NCBI GenBank assembly: GCA_951406725.2
Contig: OX597827.1
Span: forward strand, 744,001-808,000
DNA from: Octopus vulgaris
Taxonomy: Eukaryota
Direction of reading: 5' to 3'
DNA: 64,000 nucleotides
A program made the position numbers and the translations under genes. The notes beneath the pieces were generated by a model. That model saw only the letters and a program-made list of their open reading frames with translations, was not told the origin of the DNA and searched no databases. The stretch's first letter is position 1, and every line of letters starts with the position of its first letter. This document shows positions 1 through 14,090 of this stretch, in pieces.

Positions 1-738
1 ATACATATATGTATATATATATATATATATATATACACGAAAAAGAAAGCGAAAAACACATGGTCGAAAGCATAGGTATTGTGTTTAAAGGCGCGTTGTT
101 GTATTTGTACTGGTATATGTCTGTGAGCACGTGACTGCATATTTGTATGTGTGCGTATTGTGTGTGTGTGTAAGCGTGCATACGTGTGTGCATATATGTG
201 TGTGTGTGTGTGTGTGCGTTGTGTGTGTGTGCGTTGTGTGTGTGGTTTTATGTTAGTGTAGGTGTCTAGATAGATAGGATGTTGGGATTGCTTGTTTTAT
301 GCAGTTGTGTTTGAATGTGTGTGTGTATGTTTGTGTAGGTGTTTGTGTTTGTATGTAACATATGTATGTATATTATGTATACATATTTCTGTGTATGTAT
401 GAATTTTTGTGTAGGTGTAAGTATATGTGTGTGTGTGTATGAGTGTGCAAGTATGTGTGTGTATGAGTGTGCAAGTATGTGTGTGTATGTATCTACGTAT
501 ATGTATATATCTGTATATATGTTAGCGTATATATTACGTAGCTGTCTGCATTCATGCGTGCTTAAGAATGTATCATGAGTACGTGTGATTACGTGTATGT
601 ATGCATGCATGTGTGTGTGTGTCTGTATGAATGTGTGTATATATATATATGTGTGTGTGTGTGCGTGTGTGCGTTTGTATGTATGTACGTATGTATGTAT
701 GTATGTATGCATGCATGCATGTATGTATGTAATGTATG

Positions 739-798
<60 letters not shown>

Positions 799-954
799 CA
801 TGTATATATACACCCACTTTAATAGGTGTATGTTTTTGTGAATAATGAGTGTACGTCCCCCAGTGAATGTTTTCAGAGTGAGCGTGTATAAATGTGTGTT
901 TGAGTGTAGATGAATGTATGGGTGTGTGTGTGTATGTGTGCGTAACTGTAGACC

Positions 955-1017
<63 letters not shown>

Positions 1018-1211
1018 TGTATGTATGTATGTATGTATGTATGTATGTATGTATGTATGTATGTATGTATGTATGTATGTATGTATGTATGTATGTATGC
1101 ATGTATGTATGTATATGCACGTCTGTTGTTTGTAGGTATGCCTTTACGCATCTGCATATAGTATATATTTAAAAGCAAGTAAATCGTGGGCTGTTCACTT
1201 CTCTGTATTAG

Positions 1212-1233
1212 ATTATATTCCGTGGCATTGAAG
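1212..1233 (+). other. candidate 22-nt micro-exon (IIFRGIE if phase 0->1)
   Basis: Acceptor ttcacttctctgtattag and donor aag|gtaaaa inside a unique non-repeat island; phase-compatible with the candidate exon at 13342. Confidence 0.15.
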
Positions 1234-1382
1234 GTAAAACACAGTCCTATTGACACATGTGACAGCTGCATCGATACAAAACATTGGCTCTGCGTTGATC
1301 CTGGTGGGCGGCGGCGGCAAAAGCTGTGATACGAAACACTTATAAACATATCTAAACATATCTTAGCAAAAAGATTCTGGGC

Positions 1383-1410
1383 TATGTATCAGTCACGTGA
1401 CTGACACATA
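1383..1410. promoter_or_regulatory. 28-bp palindrome centred on a GTCACGTGAC E-box
   Basis: tatgtatcagtcacgtgactgacacata, one mismatched pair; perfect 16-bp core at 1389-1404. Confidence 0.35.
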
Positions 1411-1652
1411 CTTCAAAATGTCTGCTGTTACATTTCTTTTTCTTTTTCTTTCTGTGTGTTTTTTTTCCAGCAGATTATCACTCCCTGATTTTTGATTAAT
1501 CCCAAACTTCCTGAAACCTACACATTATATTTGATTCCGAATAAGTTTTAGTCTTTCTTTTAAAAGAATCTTTGAGCCTTTTGTATAAGGCATTGGTTAG
1601 AAGATGTATGTATGTATGTATTTATGTATGTATGGATGCATGAAAATATGTA

Positions 1653-1700
<48 letters not shown>

Positions 1701-2379
1701 TGCGCGTCTGTAATTATGTACGTATGTATGTATATATGTACAAACGTACATACGTACGTTCTACGTATGTATGTTTATATGTCTATATCTTATGAATCAT
1801 TCTTTAAGAAAATTCTTTGGATTTTTCTCTCAAAGAAAGATGCAGTTTCTCAGAAATAAAGTTCCTGCATTGAAATTTAGATGAAGACTTTTGAAAAAGA
1901 AAAAATATTGCATATTTTCTCTGTTCCGCTTTCAATATGGAATTTGTTAAACGCATATTAATAACAATAAACAAATGTATCACGACCTAAAATAGCGGAT
2001 AAAATGCCAAGCCAATGTATTTCCTGCTATGGAGGAAGAGAGCGAAAGATGAATCGACGTTTTGGGGAGATTTCCTTTATCAATACATATGAGTGGAGAA
2101 GAGAAAGGAAAACAGAAAGAAAAAGTGGAAGAAAAGGTGGAATATGTGTAACAATAATGTGGGTAGCCGATGTTAGATTAGAGATTTAGCTGCGGTTATG
2201 GAGTGTGACAGAAAGACAAACATCTGTTGGATGAGATGGTGAATATAAAGTATTATGGATTAGCAATGAGTGAGGTGAAGGTGGGGTGCAAATAGAACTA
2301 GCAAATACTGCGGTGCAAAACATGAAACTGCGAAAGTTAAGAAGAAGTAGGTTACTGCTTTAAAAGTCAAACTCTGGGT

Positions 2380-2740
2380 CTTACTGCATTGCAGAAAACT
2401 GGAGATGATTTGATCATTTTAAGGAACGAACATGGGTATGCGGGTATTTTTAAAATACCTCACAGAGGGACGACCATGCCCTGTATAGTTACGGGCTGCC
2501 CTTTGGCATGGCATAGTACCCGTTCAGCCACCCTGTCAAGGATACGGTCAAGTAACGGGACTGTAACTTGGCGGACTGTTCAGAGGTAGCGGAAGAGCTC
2601 AACTGAGTCAACGGTGATTTTTACATTGATTCTGAGGAGAGAAATCTTAGAAGATCAACAGTCAGGATCAACAAGCGCTATTAAGAGAGAAACTACAACG
2701 CATCCATTAGGGAGGTGCCCATGGTTGTGTAATCAATTAA
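2380..2740 (+). mobile_element. degenerate LINE apurinic-endonuclease fragment
   Basis: Translation gives GDFYID and TTHPLG, resembling APE motifs GDFN and PTHxxG; many stops. Confidence 0.3.
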
Positions 2741-3589
2741 TTAAAGACTCACCATAACTCAAACTCCCAATTCAAATTCATAATAATTGAATTGGATGGC
2801 AACAGAATGCCATGGGAATCCGCAAAAGCAGCGAAAAAGAAAAAGAAAAAAGAAATACGCACATTTCTAAGATATTTGCTGCAAAACACCGGAACATTCA
2901 GGTGTGTTGCCATTTTAATTCTTCAGGCTACTTCCATCTTCATTTCCATCTCCATCTTTTGGGATTATATAACACTATGGTGTTCCCTTTTCTTTGTTTC
3001 ATCTTGAACAACAAATGATTGATGTTCTGCTTAAACATATCTTCCCTTGCCAGTTTAAACAACCAACTTGCTTTCCTCTAAGACATACCCTGTATCATTC
3101 TTGTTATTGTTGTGGCTCAGATCACTTGTAATCCAGTAGATCTATAACCAAAATTGTTTGAGTCATAGCCAACACACCTTTTTCTCTTTTCGAGTATATT
3201 TTATCTAGGACTACATTATTCAATATAGAATTCTTTTTAAAGATGGTGATGTGTAATATGAAGGAGATCTGACTTTTATTTCTAGCAGTTTCAGTGTATT
3301 CTAGAGGTTTTCTCTCGATAGTTTCTTGTAACGTGCTGAAATGGTAGCAAACAATACGTAAAAATACACATAAAATATATATATATTTTAAGTGTAGAAA
3401 ATTACAATAATTTCAATATAAAATGCTTTTTTATAAATCAGTTGTATAAATTGATGTCGACATTGAGTATTTAAGTATTATCCTCTCTTTTTGTCTATTT
3501 ACCGAGCAAACTCAGCTACAGCTAATAACTTTGTGCATATTTTCACTTTGTTTCGGCACCATCAACGAAGCATGCGCAAACATTTTCTT

Positions 3590-4365
<776 letters not shown>

Positions 4366-4378
4366 TTTGTCCTGGTTT

Positions 4379-5770
4379 TAGGACAGTTGCATACTGGACA
4401 GTTGCGTTCCTGGACAGTTGCGTTCCTGGACATTCGCATCCCTAGACAAATGAGTCCCTGGACAGTTGTGTTCCTGTATTATTTTGAAATTTTATTTATT
4501 TTTTTCAGGTGTATTTTTTCTTTATTTGGAACAGTTGATTACCAAAGCTAATTGTAAATAAACACATTTAATAACTTTAAACAAGAAAGTAGGAAATAAT
4601 AAACATCTAAAAAAGCAATAAAGAAATAAAAGAGTTTCAAATTTACAAAACAGATTAAACAAACATATTAAACATATTATTCTTTAACATATTAAAGAAA
4701 TATTTCAAGATCTAAAAATTGTTGTAGCTTCACAAATAAATCAAAAGGTGTGAATGTTGTGAGTTGTTCCTTTCAGGAGAAATTTATCTTGTTTTCCTCT
4801 TTGAAAGTCCCTTTTTTTCGTTAAGGCAATAACCTCCTCCTTATTCAGTGTCTAAATCAATTTCAAAATAGAGAGGTGTTGACAGAATAAGAAATATTGC
4901 AAAGCATAGCGCAATCCTTCTAAGCTGTTATTAGATCTAGGCAACTGATTTATAACCCTTTCTCGAACTTTCCAAGACGCGATAGCAAAAATTAGTTCCA
5001 TCCTTATCTTTGTCCGGTCTCTTGATTGCCCAACGTGTGTCATTTCAAAATAGGCGGTAAATAGGTGGAGGCAAATCACAGTCATCGGACAAGTGAATAA
5101 AACAGTCGACAACGTCAATTGAAGGAAGAAATGATAATGCAGAATAACATTAAACTTTCAAATTGAATGCTTCTTCTTCTCTCCACCGTTGACTTAATCC
5201 TAGGCCACAGGTTTAGTTAAAAATAGACTTAGGTAAATGAAAGCGGCATGTACTTATTGTTACTTCTGGAAACTTTTCTACAAAGCCTTTTTGAGCTCCT
5301 ATTTCAAAGTCTGGCAACAAAGATTTTGGATGAAGTTGCGGTTTCGGTTGCAACAAATATGTGAATAGACGAACATGATTTCTTTGTTTTATCCGGAAGA
5401 TGGGCAAAAACTCCAGGAATGCTAAATGTACCTTCTTGGATATGGATACAATATAGCTAATATATTGATGGACTGACTTTAAAGGTAGCATCTGCTGCTC
5501 ATTTAGGAAAATCTATCAAATCTGCTAAGCTATCTTCCGTCGCAAATATTAGTATTCTATTCTCGTCATCGATACCAGAATCAAATGCAAGGAACTTCTC
5601 TCCAGTTGCAAGAAAACAGTAGAACTCCGGTATCTCGAAAGCATTCCTTTGTCGAGGAATTGGTGGTGTGTTTTGTGATTTTTGTCTCCATCAACGTACA
5701 TTTCTTCCCATTGATGATAAAGAGGGCATGTGGGTAATTTAAAGTTGATCTTCATTAGCGATCGTAGCTC
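4379..5770 (-). mobile_element. MULE (Mutator-like) transposon remnant
   Basis: Minus-strand fragments DATFKVSP, DFEIGA...FPEVTISTCRFH and PRSNNSLEG; tandem ~17-bp subterminal repeats (ctggacagttgcgttc) at 4379-4476. Confidence 0.8.
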
Positions 5771-5802
5771 CAATAAGACTTCTTGCTGGTTCGCATACTG
5801 AA

Positions 5803-5900
5803 ATAGAAGACACTTGTCCAAGGTGCCACGCAATGGGACTTTACCCGGAACCATATGGTTGGGAAGGAAGCTTCTTAACAGACAGCCGGCCTGCGCCTAT
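5803..5900 (-). mobile_element. SINE family A, 5' fragment
   Basis: agaagacacttgtccaaggtgccacgc...cctgcgcctat matches the family head at 37778. Confidence 0.7.
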
Positions 5901-6323
5901 ATCTGTTTTCAATTTTTCTTTTTCTACTTTTTTTTCTTTGTAACAATTTTACTTGGAAAGCAAGTATATGTACGAGTTTTTCACATTTTCTAATCTCTAG
6001 TCTGAGTAGTACTCATATTTCTGACCAAAGATTCTTTGTATTACTGTAGTTTTTAGTTGACTTTGGCCACAATATTCCAGTCTTTCTTTGTGGGGATTAC
6101 TTCTTCCTTGTTCTCGAAAACTTCTCTTAAAGTGAAAATTCCTTCTTTCATGTGACATCTCAAGTTTAGGGACTATTTTGTTCAGTAGCCCAGTATTATT
6201 GCCTTAAATGATCAAATACTAGAGTTTCTGTTATTGACTGATCTCCCCCCCTGTTCAGGTTTCGGTAGTTCCAATATCTTTCCAATATCTTTGTGATTCG
6301 AAGAGCTTTATTTATATTTTAAA

Positions 6324-6558
6324 TTCTTATTTCTTTATTGCCCACAGGGGGCTAAACATAGAGGGGACAAACAAGGACACAAACGGATTAAGTCGATTAT
6401 ATCGACCCCAGTGCGTAGCTGTTACTTAATTTATCGACTCCGAAAGGATGAAAGACAAACTCGACCTCGGCGGAATTTGAACTCAGAACGTAGCCGCGGA
6501 CGAAATACCACAAAGCTTTTCGCTCGGTGTGCTAACGTTTCTGCCAGCTCGCCGCCTT
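6324..6558 (-). mobile_element. tRNA-derived SINE family B (Nin/Deu-like core)
   Basis: Reverse complement of the ggcggcgagctggcagaaacgttagc...gagttcaaattccgccgaggtcga...tttcatcctttcgg family; multiple copies in window. Confidence 0.8.
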
Positions 6559-6634
6559 TTTGGCGGCTATGTTTTAAATTCTGTCAAGGTTTTTCTTTTT
6601 ATTGTTGTTGTTCTTACTCTTATATTTATCTTAG

Positions 6635-7037
6635 ATTTTACTTGTTTCAGTCATTAGACTGCAGCCATGCTGGGGCACCGCCTTGAAGACTTGAAGAGTA
6701 TAGTCGACAAAAATCGACCCTAGTATTTATTTTAAAAAGTCTAGTTCTTACTCTATCTCTTCTCTTTAGCTGAACCGCTATGTTATGGGGACGTTAATAG
6801 ATCAACACCAGTTGCCAAATGATGGTAAGAGTGGACAAACGTAAATATAAAGAAACACACATACACATACGCACATACACATACACACATATACGATGGG
6901 CTTCTACACAGTTTCCGTCAACCAAATTCACTCGCCTTGGGCTGTGGTAGAAGACAATTGGCTAAAGTGCCGCGCAGTGGAACTAAACCCGAAAACACGT
7001 GGTTGCAAAGTGAACTTCTTAACCACACAGTCATGCC
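6635..7037 (-). mobile_element. SINE family A, near full length
   Basis: Tail ttttacttgtttcagtcattagactgc, internal CA repeat, head ...aaccacacagtcatgcc. Confidence 0.8.
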
Positions 7038-7039
7038 AA

Positions 7040-7342
7040 TGATTTGCGGGTGATTAGGTAGCTATTTCTAGCATGTAACAGCTACTTCGTCGATTCATTG
7101 CTAATGATATTGTTTTTAACCCCAGGTCAATATTGATGCAGCAAATGTATGATCAAAAGGGTTCAAGATGTGATCATCCCAGCTTTGTTCAAAGTCTATT
7201 GTATCTCAGACTGTAGTACACAAGGTAGCCTTCCCCGTTTTTAAGGCGGTAATTTGAAGACAGAATTTAGTTATTTCTAGCAAACTAGCAGTGTCTTCTT
7301 CGTTGAATCGCTGTTGCGGATATTGCTTTTGTTATCATGACT

Positions 7343-7381
<39 letters not shown>

Positions 7382-7386
7382 ATGAC

Positions 7387-7429
<43 letters not shown>

Positions 7430-7890
7430 AGTGGAAATAATGTTGTTTTTGCAACTATAGTTTCAGACTGCTGCTTCTGTTGTTGTTGTTGTTGTTGTTT
7501 AAATCCCAGGTCATCATTGTTCGAGCAGACCTCTGACCAAAGGCGTTCCAGCCACGATCACCCTGTCTTGGTTCAATGTGTCCTTTTTTTTGAAGATGAT
7601 ATGAATTGACTGGAGAGAAATTTGGTTACTGTTTCTAGTAAGTCGAGTGACCACGTAGAGTCTCCTTTTTTTTTGGTGGGGGGGTTCAGCTCTTATTGGT
7701 GGTGTAAGTTTTTAGCCCTAGGTCAGTCGTTATTTTTCAAAATCATTGTAAACCTTATAAATCTGTCTGTATATTGTTATCAAGGAGTACATTGCTTAAT
7801 GCCTCCTTCCAATCTTAAAGATTGTTGATGTAATATGAAGGTAATGTGGCTGCTATTTCTTTCTAGGTCACGCAACACTCTCGATGTCCG
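7040..7890 (-). repeat. head-to-tail cluster of ~4 degenerate copies of dispersed repeat family D ((CAA)n-tailed)
   Basis: Recurring tttaaccccaggtca...gatcaaagg...gctatttctagca; other copies near 3105, 9555, 16440, 26450, 44150, 50700 and 51600. Confidence 0.6.
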
Positions 7891-7898
7891 AAGTGTAA

Positions 7899-8303
7899 AT
7901 GGCAGACACGTTAGCATGCCGGGCGAAATGCGTAGCCGTATTTCGTCTGCGTTACGTTGTGAGTTCAAATTCCGCCGAGGTCGACTTTGCCTTTCATCCT
8001 TTCGGGGTCGATAAATTAAGTACCAGTTACGAACTGGGGTCGATGTAATCGACTTAATACCTATGTCTGTCCTTGTTTGTTCCCTCTATGTTTAGCCCCT
8101 TGTGGGTAGTAAAGAAATAGGTATTTCGTCTGTTGTTACGTTCTGAGTTCAAATTCTGCCGTGGTCGACTTTGCCTTTCATCATTTCGGGGTCGATAGAT
8201 AAAGTACCAGTTTCGCACTGGGGTCGATGTAATCGACTTAATCCCCTTGTCTGTCATTGTTTGTCCTCTTTATGTTTAGCCCCTTGTGGGTAATAAAGAA
8301 ATA
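7899..8303 (+). mobile_element. SINE family B tandem dimer
   Basis: Unit 7899-8120 followed by a 5'-truncated second unit 8121-8303, both ending in aaagaaata. Confidence 0.85.
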
Positions 8304-8494
8304 TAGTATGGCTGTTGTTGCTGGTGATAATGCTGATGATGTTGATAACGTTGATGGTGTTGATGCTGATGTTGATATTGATGTTGCTATTGTTGTTGTT
8401 TATGATTTTGTCATTTTAGAAATAATCGTTCACTGTTTGTGCTTTTGACATTTTTCAAACCAACTGGGAGAAACAAAGTGCGGTGTTTATATGC

Positions 8495-8530
<36 letters not shown>

Positions 8531-9264
8531 GAATATACTCCTGTATGTGTAACTATGTACATGTGTGTTCTGTGTGTACGTTTGTATGCTTGTGTGTGTG
8601 TGTGTGTGTGTTTGTGAGCGTGTGTGTGTGTGTCTGTGTGTATATATATAGGTATAGCGTGTGAATGTGTTTATGCGTAACGAGATAATGCTTAACTTTA
8701 AAGAATTAAAATGCTAAAAACGTCGCGCGCCAAAGGGTCAGGGCTGGAGTATGAGGGGGTAAATGAAGTAATGTGAAGGGCGACTGGGGAGTGGATGAGA
8801 GGTGTAGGGCATGGGTAAGTGGGGGCGGGTGGGTTTGGGTTTGTGAATGGGTCAATGAGGTGTATTGATGGCAGATTGATGGAGATAGGAAGTGCGAGAT
8901 GGTGTGGGTGGGAGGCGATTATGGAAATGTTTTAATTAAAGACTGTTTGTAAGGCGGAGTCGGGGAAACCATGAGAGCTGGTGGCGGATGTAGTTGCTAT
9001 TGTAGTTCTAGTATGGGTGGTGGTTGTTGTGGTTGTTGAGGTTGCAGTTGAGAGTAGTGACTGTGATGGTAATGGATGCGGTGGCGGTGATTGTGGTGGT
9101 GATAATTGTGGTGGTGATGATTGTTGTGGTGGTGGTTGTTGTGGTAGTAGTGAGTGATGATGATGATGGTGGTTGCGGTGGTGATGGTGGTAGTTATGAT
9201 GGTGATCGTGATAGTTATGGTACATACATACATACATAATACATATATGTATATATACATACAC

Positions 9265-9316
<52 letters not shown>

Positions 9317-9324
9317 GTATATAC

Positions 9325-9478
9325 TACGAGTTTCTTTCAGTTTCCGCCTACCAAATCCACTCACAAGGCTTTGGTCTGCCCGAGGCCATAATAGAAGACA
9401 CTTGCCCAAGGTGCTACGCAGTGGGACTGAACCCGGAACCATGTGGTTCGTAAGCAAACTACTTACCACACAGCCACT
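9325..9478 (-). mobile_element. SINE family A head
   Basis: tttcagtttccgcctaccaaatccactcacaagg...accacacagccact. Confidence 0.8.
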
Positions 9479-9740
9479 GTCGTTTTAGTGCTTACTATGT
9501 TTCATCAGCTACTATATAATACGGGCGGTGGCGGTGGTGCAACTGAAGTAATTGTTGTTGTTTAACCCCAGGTCAACACCGATGAGGAAGAAATACGATC
9601 AAAGGCGTTCCAGACATGACTATTCAGTCTTGTCTTCTTCCTTTATTGTTGTTTAGTCCCACATTGTTTTTCGATTGTCCTATAGGAAGAAATCATAAAC
9701 TCTCGGTTCTTGGAAATTCCTAAGAAATGATCTGGAAATA

Positions 9741-10270
9741 TAGGCGCGAGTGTGGCTGTGTGGCAAGAAGCTTGCTTTTCAAGCATATGGTTCCGAGTTC
9801 AGTCCCACTGCGTGGCCCTTGGCCATATGTCTTCTACCATAGCCGGGCCAATTAAAGCCTTGCGAGTGGATTTGGAAGACAGAAACTGACGGTCGTTCAG
9901 TGCTCGAAATGAGGAATAGATAGATTCTTTGTGTTACTTCTCCTATTTTCATGTTTTTTACTGTTGGTGACGTCCTGTGTCCAAATATATATATATATAT
10001 ATATATATGCATATATATATATGTGTGTGTATGTATGTACGTATGCATGCATGTGTGTATGTATGTATGTATGTATGTATGTATGTATGTATGTATGTGT
10101 GTTTGTATGTGTGTTTGTATGTGTCGCTGTAACTTAGTAGTTAGGCAAAAGGCTGATAGAATATGTACCACTTCTTTAAAAAATATTGGAGTCGATTCAT
10201 TCAACGAAGAGTTGAAGGCGGTGCCCCAGCATGGTCGCAGTCTAGTGACTGAAACAAGTAAAAAATAAGA
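9741..10270 (+). mobile_element. SINE family A, interrupted
   Basis: Head ggcgcgagtgtggctgtgtgg, tail gactgaaacaagtaaaa, with a foreign insert and microsatellites in the middle. Confidence 0.75.
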
Positions 10271-10921
10271 AATAAAAGTTATGTTATCGAGCTATGACAA
10301 CTGTTTTTTGAGTTGTAGGGCAGATTGCAAATTAATGCGATGCTGGTTTTGTTTTAAGCATGAGTGTTGAGTCACACATAAACGCACACACGCACGCCGA
10401 TAAAGGGCAATAGCCCAGAATCTGGTCCACGGATGTTGTTTTGCGTTAGGTGGGAGTGCTGAACTCCCTGTTGGAAAATATCAGGACACAGATATTGTGT
10501 CGTATAGCCAGCTAGAAACGATGTTTCTTGGGGCTAAAACAAAAGTAAAGGTTATCTGCCACATTATATTGGCAGATAGCCTTTCCTTTGAAAATAATGT
10601 TATATTGTTAGAGAGTCAAACGAGGTAGAAGAGACCGTCTGGATTACAATTAGTTTAGTGAGCGCCAGGGACAAGATTTGCTTAATGGGGGCCCAATATC
10701 GCACATAAAACCTGGATTTATTAATTGCGATGTTTCATTTATTTGGAAAATATGTATATTTCTGGGTGTGCATAAACTCTCGTACACATAAAAAACAGAC
10801 ACATGCACATACATTCAAGCACAGACAGAAATTAATACCTCAAGAAACAATACGATACACACACACACACAATCTACATCTATCTGTCTGTCTGTCTGTC
10901 TATCTACCCATCTATCTAACT

Positions 10922-11053
<132 letters not shown>

Positions 11054-11191
11054 ATTTGTATCATATTTCTGAAAACGTATGTATGTAATTTCACTTGCAT
11101 TTACTTGAACTTGGGTATTCATGTTTATGCATACGCAATTTTAAAAACACACATATTACGTCCAAAAATCATGATGATGATTATGACGATG

Positions 11192-11291
<100 letters not shown>

Positions 11292-11450
11292 CAAGAACAA
11301 TACACAGGCGCGCAGGAACACAGGAAAAGAACAATGATATGCACGTTGATATATAGTAATGAATGAAAACTGTTGAAACGCAAACACAAATGTATACGTG
11401 TACACACATCCCTTCTGGCACATACACACACATGTGTTTATATATCTATA

Positions 11451-11481
<31 letters not shown>

Positions 11482-11497
11482 TCCCCCTCTATCTCCA

Positions 11498-11577
<80 letters not shown>

Positions 11578-11791
11578 TATACACATACACACACACACGT
11601 ACACATGCACTCACACACACACTCACGCACACAGACGTTCTCAGACAAATACACTAATGCAAATACACTAATAGATATGTAGATGTGCAAAACAAAACAA
11701 ACACCAAAAACATGAATATTAATAACAATAACCGATAAAAGGACATCACTCTCAAAACACACATGCACGTACATGCATATAAATATATGTA

Positions 11792-11856
<65 letters not shown>

Positions 11857-11890
11857 ATATATAATATAATATAATATGATATAATATAAT

Positions 11891-11924
<34 letters not shown>

Positions 11925-12562
11925 TACATGTTTGCCCATGCACACAATCATACATATGTGTGTATGTATGTATATATATATGCATGCATATATACATGCA
12001 CAAAATAACACATGCACACATTCATATATATGCACTTTTCAGGAAAAAAATAAAGAATAATATCCCCACCACCTTGTCCTAAATCTTTTAATGGATATTT
12101 TTGGAATTTAATAGAGATTTTTTTATTATTTTTTATCATTATTTGTTGTTGTCTTTCACTCCTGAGTAAATCTGATAATGGGATTTATCGTAATAGCATA
12201 TAGCTAAAATATTAAAGAAAGATAATATAGAAAAGATTATGGAAAATTATAAAAATAAAAACTATATTTTTTATATAAATAGAATTATGAAAAATATAAA
12301 TAGCAACGTGCTTTGTTTTGGTTTTTTAAGAGCAATAAAAAAGAAAAAAAGCGCAGAAATGGTATAAATGAAAAAATAACACCCCCCCACTACAAACGCA
12401 TATATAATCATATATGTATGTGAGAGTGTTATGTATGTATGTATGTGTGAGAGTGTGTGCATTTATGTAGTATATGTTAAATATATTGATAAAAAGAAAC
12501 AAAAAGATCCGATGATTATGAGAAAACAGCGAAAGACAAAAGACAGCAGTGTCATGTATGAT

Positions 12563-12595
<33 letters not shown>

Positions 12596-12800
12596 AATAA
12601 CAATAAGAATAACAATAACAACAATAATGATGGTTTCTTTCTTTGTTTTTGAGAATGATAGTGATAAAAATAATCTTATTGATAATAAATAAAACAAGGT
12701 AATAATAGCATTGATATAAATAGTATTATTAATAGTAATAATGTTTTCATTTTTTTAAAGTTTACAATAACCCATTCCACCATTTTTTTTGTACAATGAA

Positions 12801-12862
<62 letters not shown>

Positions 12863-12876
12863 TGATGATAATAACG

Positions 12877-12937
<61 letters not shown>

Positions 12938-12951
12938 TGATGATAATAATG

Positions 12952-13003
<52 letters not shown>

Positions 13004-13014
13004 TGATAATAATG

Positions 13015-13052
<38 letters not shown>

Positions 13053-13065
13053 GATGATAATAACG

Positions 13066-13129
<64 letters not shown>

Positions 13130-13146
13130 TGATGATGATAATAATG

Positions 13147-13177
<31 letters not shown>

Positions 13178-13188
13178 TGATGATGATG

Positions 13189-13282
<94 letters not shown>

Positions 13283-13318
13283 TAACAATAATAATAATAA
13301 TAATAATAATAACAATAA
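12801..13318. repeat. (AAT)n microsatellite with periodic GAT interruptions
   Basis: Direct reading. Confidence 0.95.
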
Positions 13319-13341
13319 TTTTGTTAAGGTTATTTCTACAG

Positions 13342-13586
13342 AAATTATAGCCAGCTCAGATTTTTTGCTACGTTTCGTATCGAGACGTCAGATGTATACA
13401 AACAACGAGATCGAAGACAAAAATATGCCATATTTCGGGGGTGAGGTGGGGGTTTGCCCGTTTATCAGCCCCCATCTAAGCCATTCTCGCCTCCGAACAC
13501 ATTGCTTGCTTGCGTAGCCACCGCATACAGCGGTGTTAAGTATTTGGCTACACCAATTTACATGTTAAAACACGTTCCTGGAACTG
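13342..13586 (+). other. candidate exon with alternative donors (after 13440 or 13586)
   Basis: Acceptor tatttctacag; donors G|gtgagg and G|gtacgt; unique GC-richer sequence with two largely open frames; no protein family recognised. Confidence 0.35.
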
Positions 13587-13760
13587 GTACGTAAAGACTA
13601 ATGAATTGTAGGTACGTGGTATTACGTTATGCAAAACATAATGTACTATAAAGTATATTAAATGTCGTTTTTTATAAGTCAACACCACGTCCCATAATGG
13701 ATAAAAATATGAACAAATTTTGTGAGAAAATTTGATTCCTCCTTTGTCATTCTTTTACAG

Positions 13761-14090
13761 AGAAATTGCTCTAAATTATATAATCAGGCCAATGCCATTT
13801 CTAAAAATTCTTTTTTTTTTGTAATTTTTTTGGTTTATCTTCGTGGAAATTCATTCTTTGTTATTTTTTGCTTTGCTTCCTTCTTTCGTTCTTTCATTTT
13901 TGTTTTTTTTTTGCTCTGTGTGTTTATTTTTATGATTTCTCTAAATTCTTATTCTAATGTTCTAATGTGCTGCTTATGTGCTGCGCAATTTCAGTTTTTT
14001 TTTTTCATTTCAGTTTTAATGTATGGCAAATGTAGCATTTAATGTGTTTATGTCCTCTTCAAGTGTTGGTTATGACATGTTTTCCATGTT
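13761..14090 (+). other. candidate terminal exon (EKLL* then U-rich 3'UTR-like sequence)
   Basis: Strong acceptor cctttgtcattcttttacag; AG AAA TTG CTC TAA if entered in phase 1. Confidence 0.25.

Noticed and set aside
4379-4476. Short direct repeats resembling a CRISPR or iteron array
   Set aside because: Contiguous ~17-bp units without unique spacers, at the end of a MULE remnant
13442-13444. TGA as selenocysteine
   Set aside because: Context matches no selenoprotein family I recognise and no convincing SECIS is visible downstream; left only as a check
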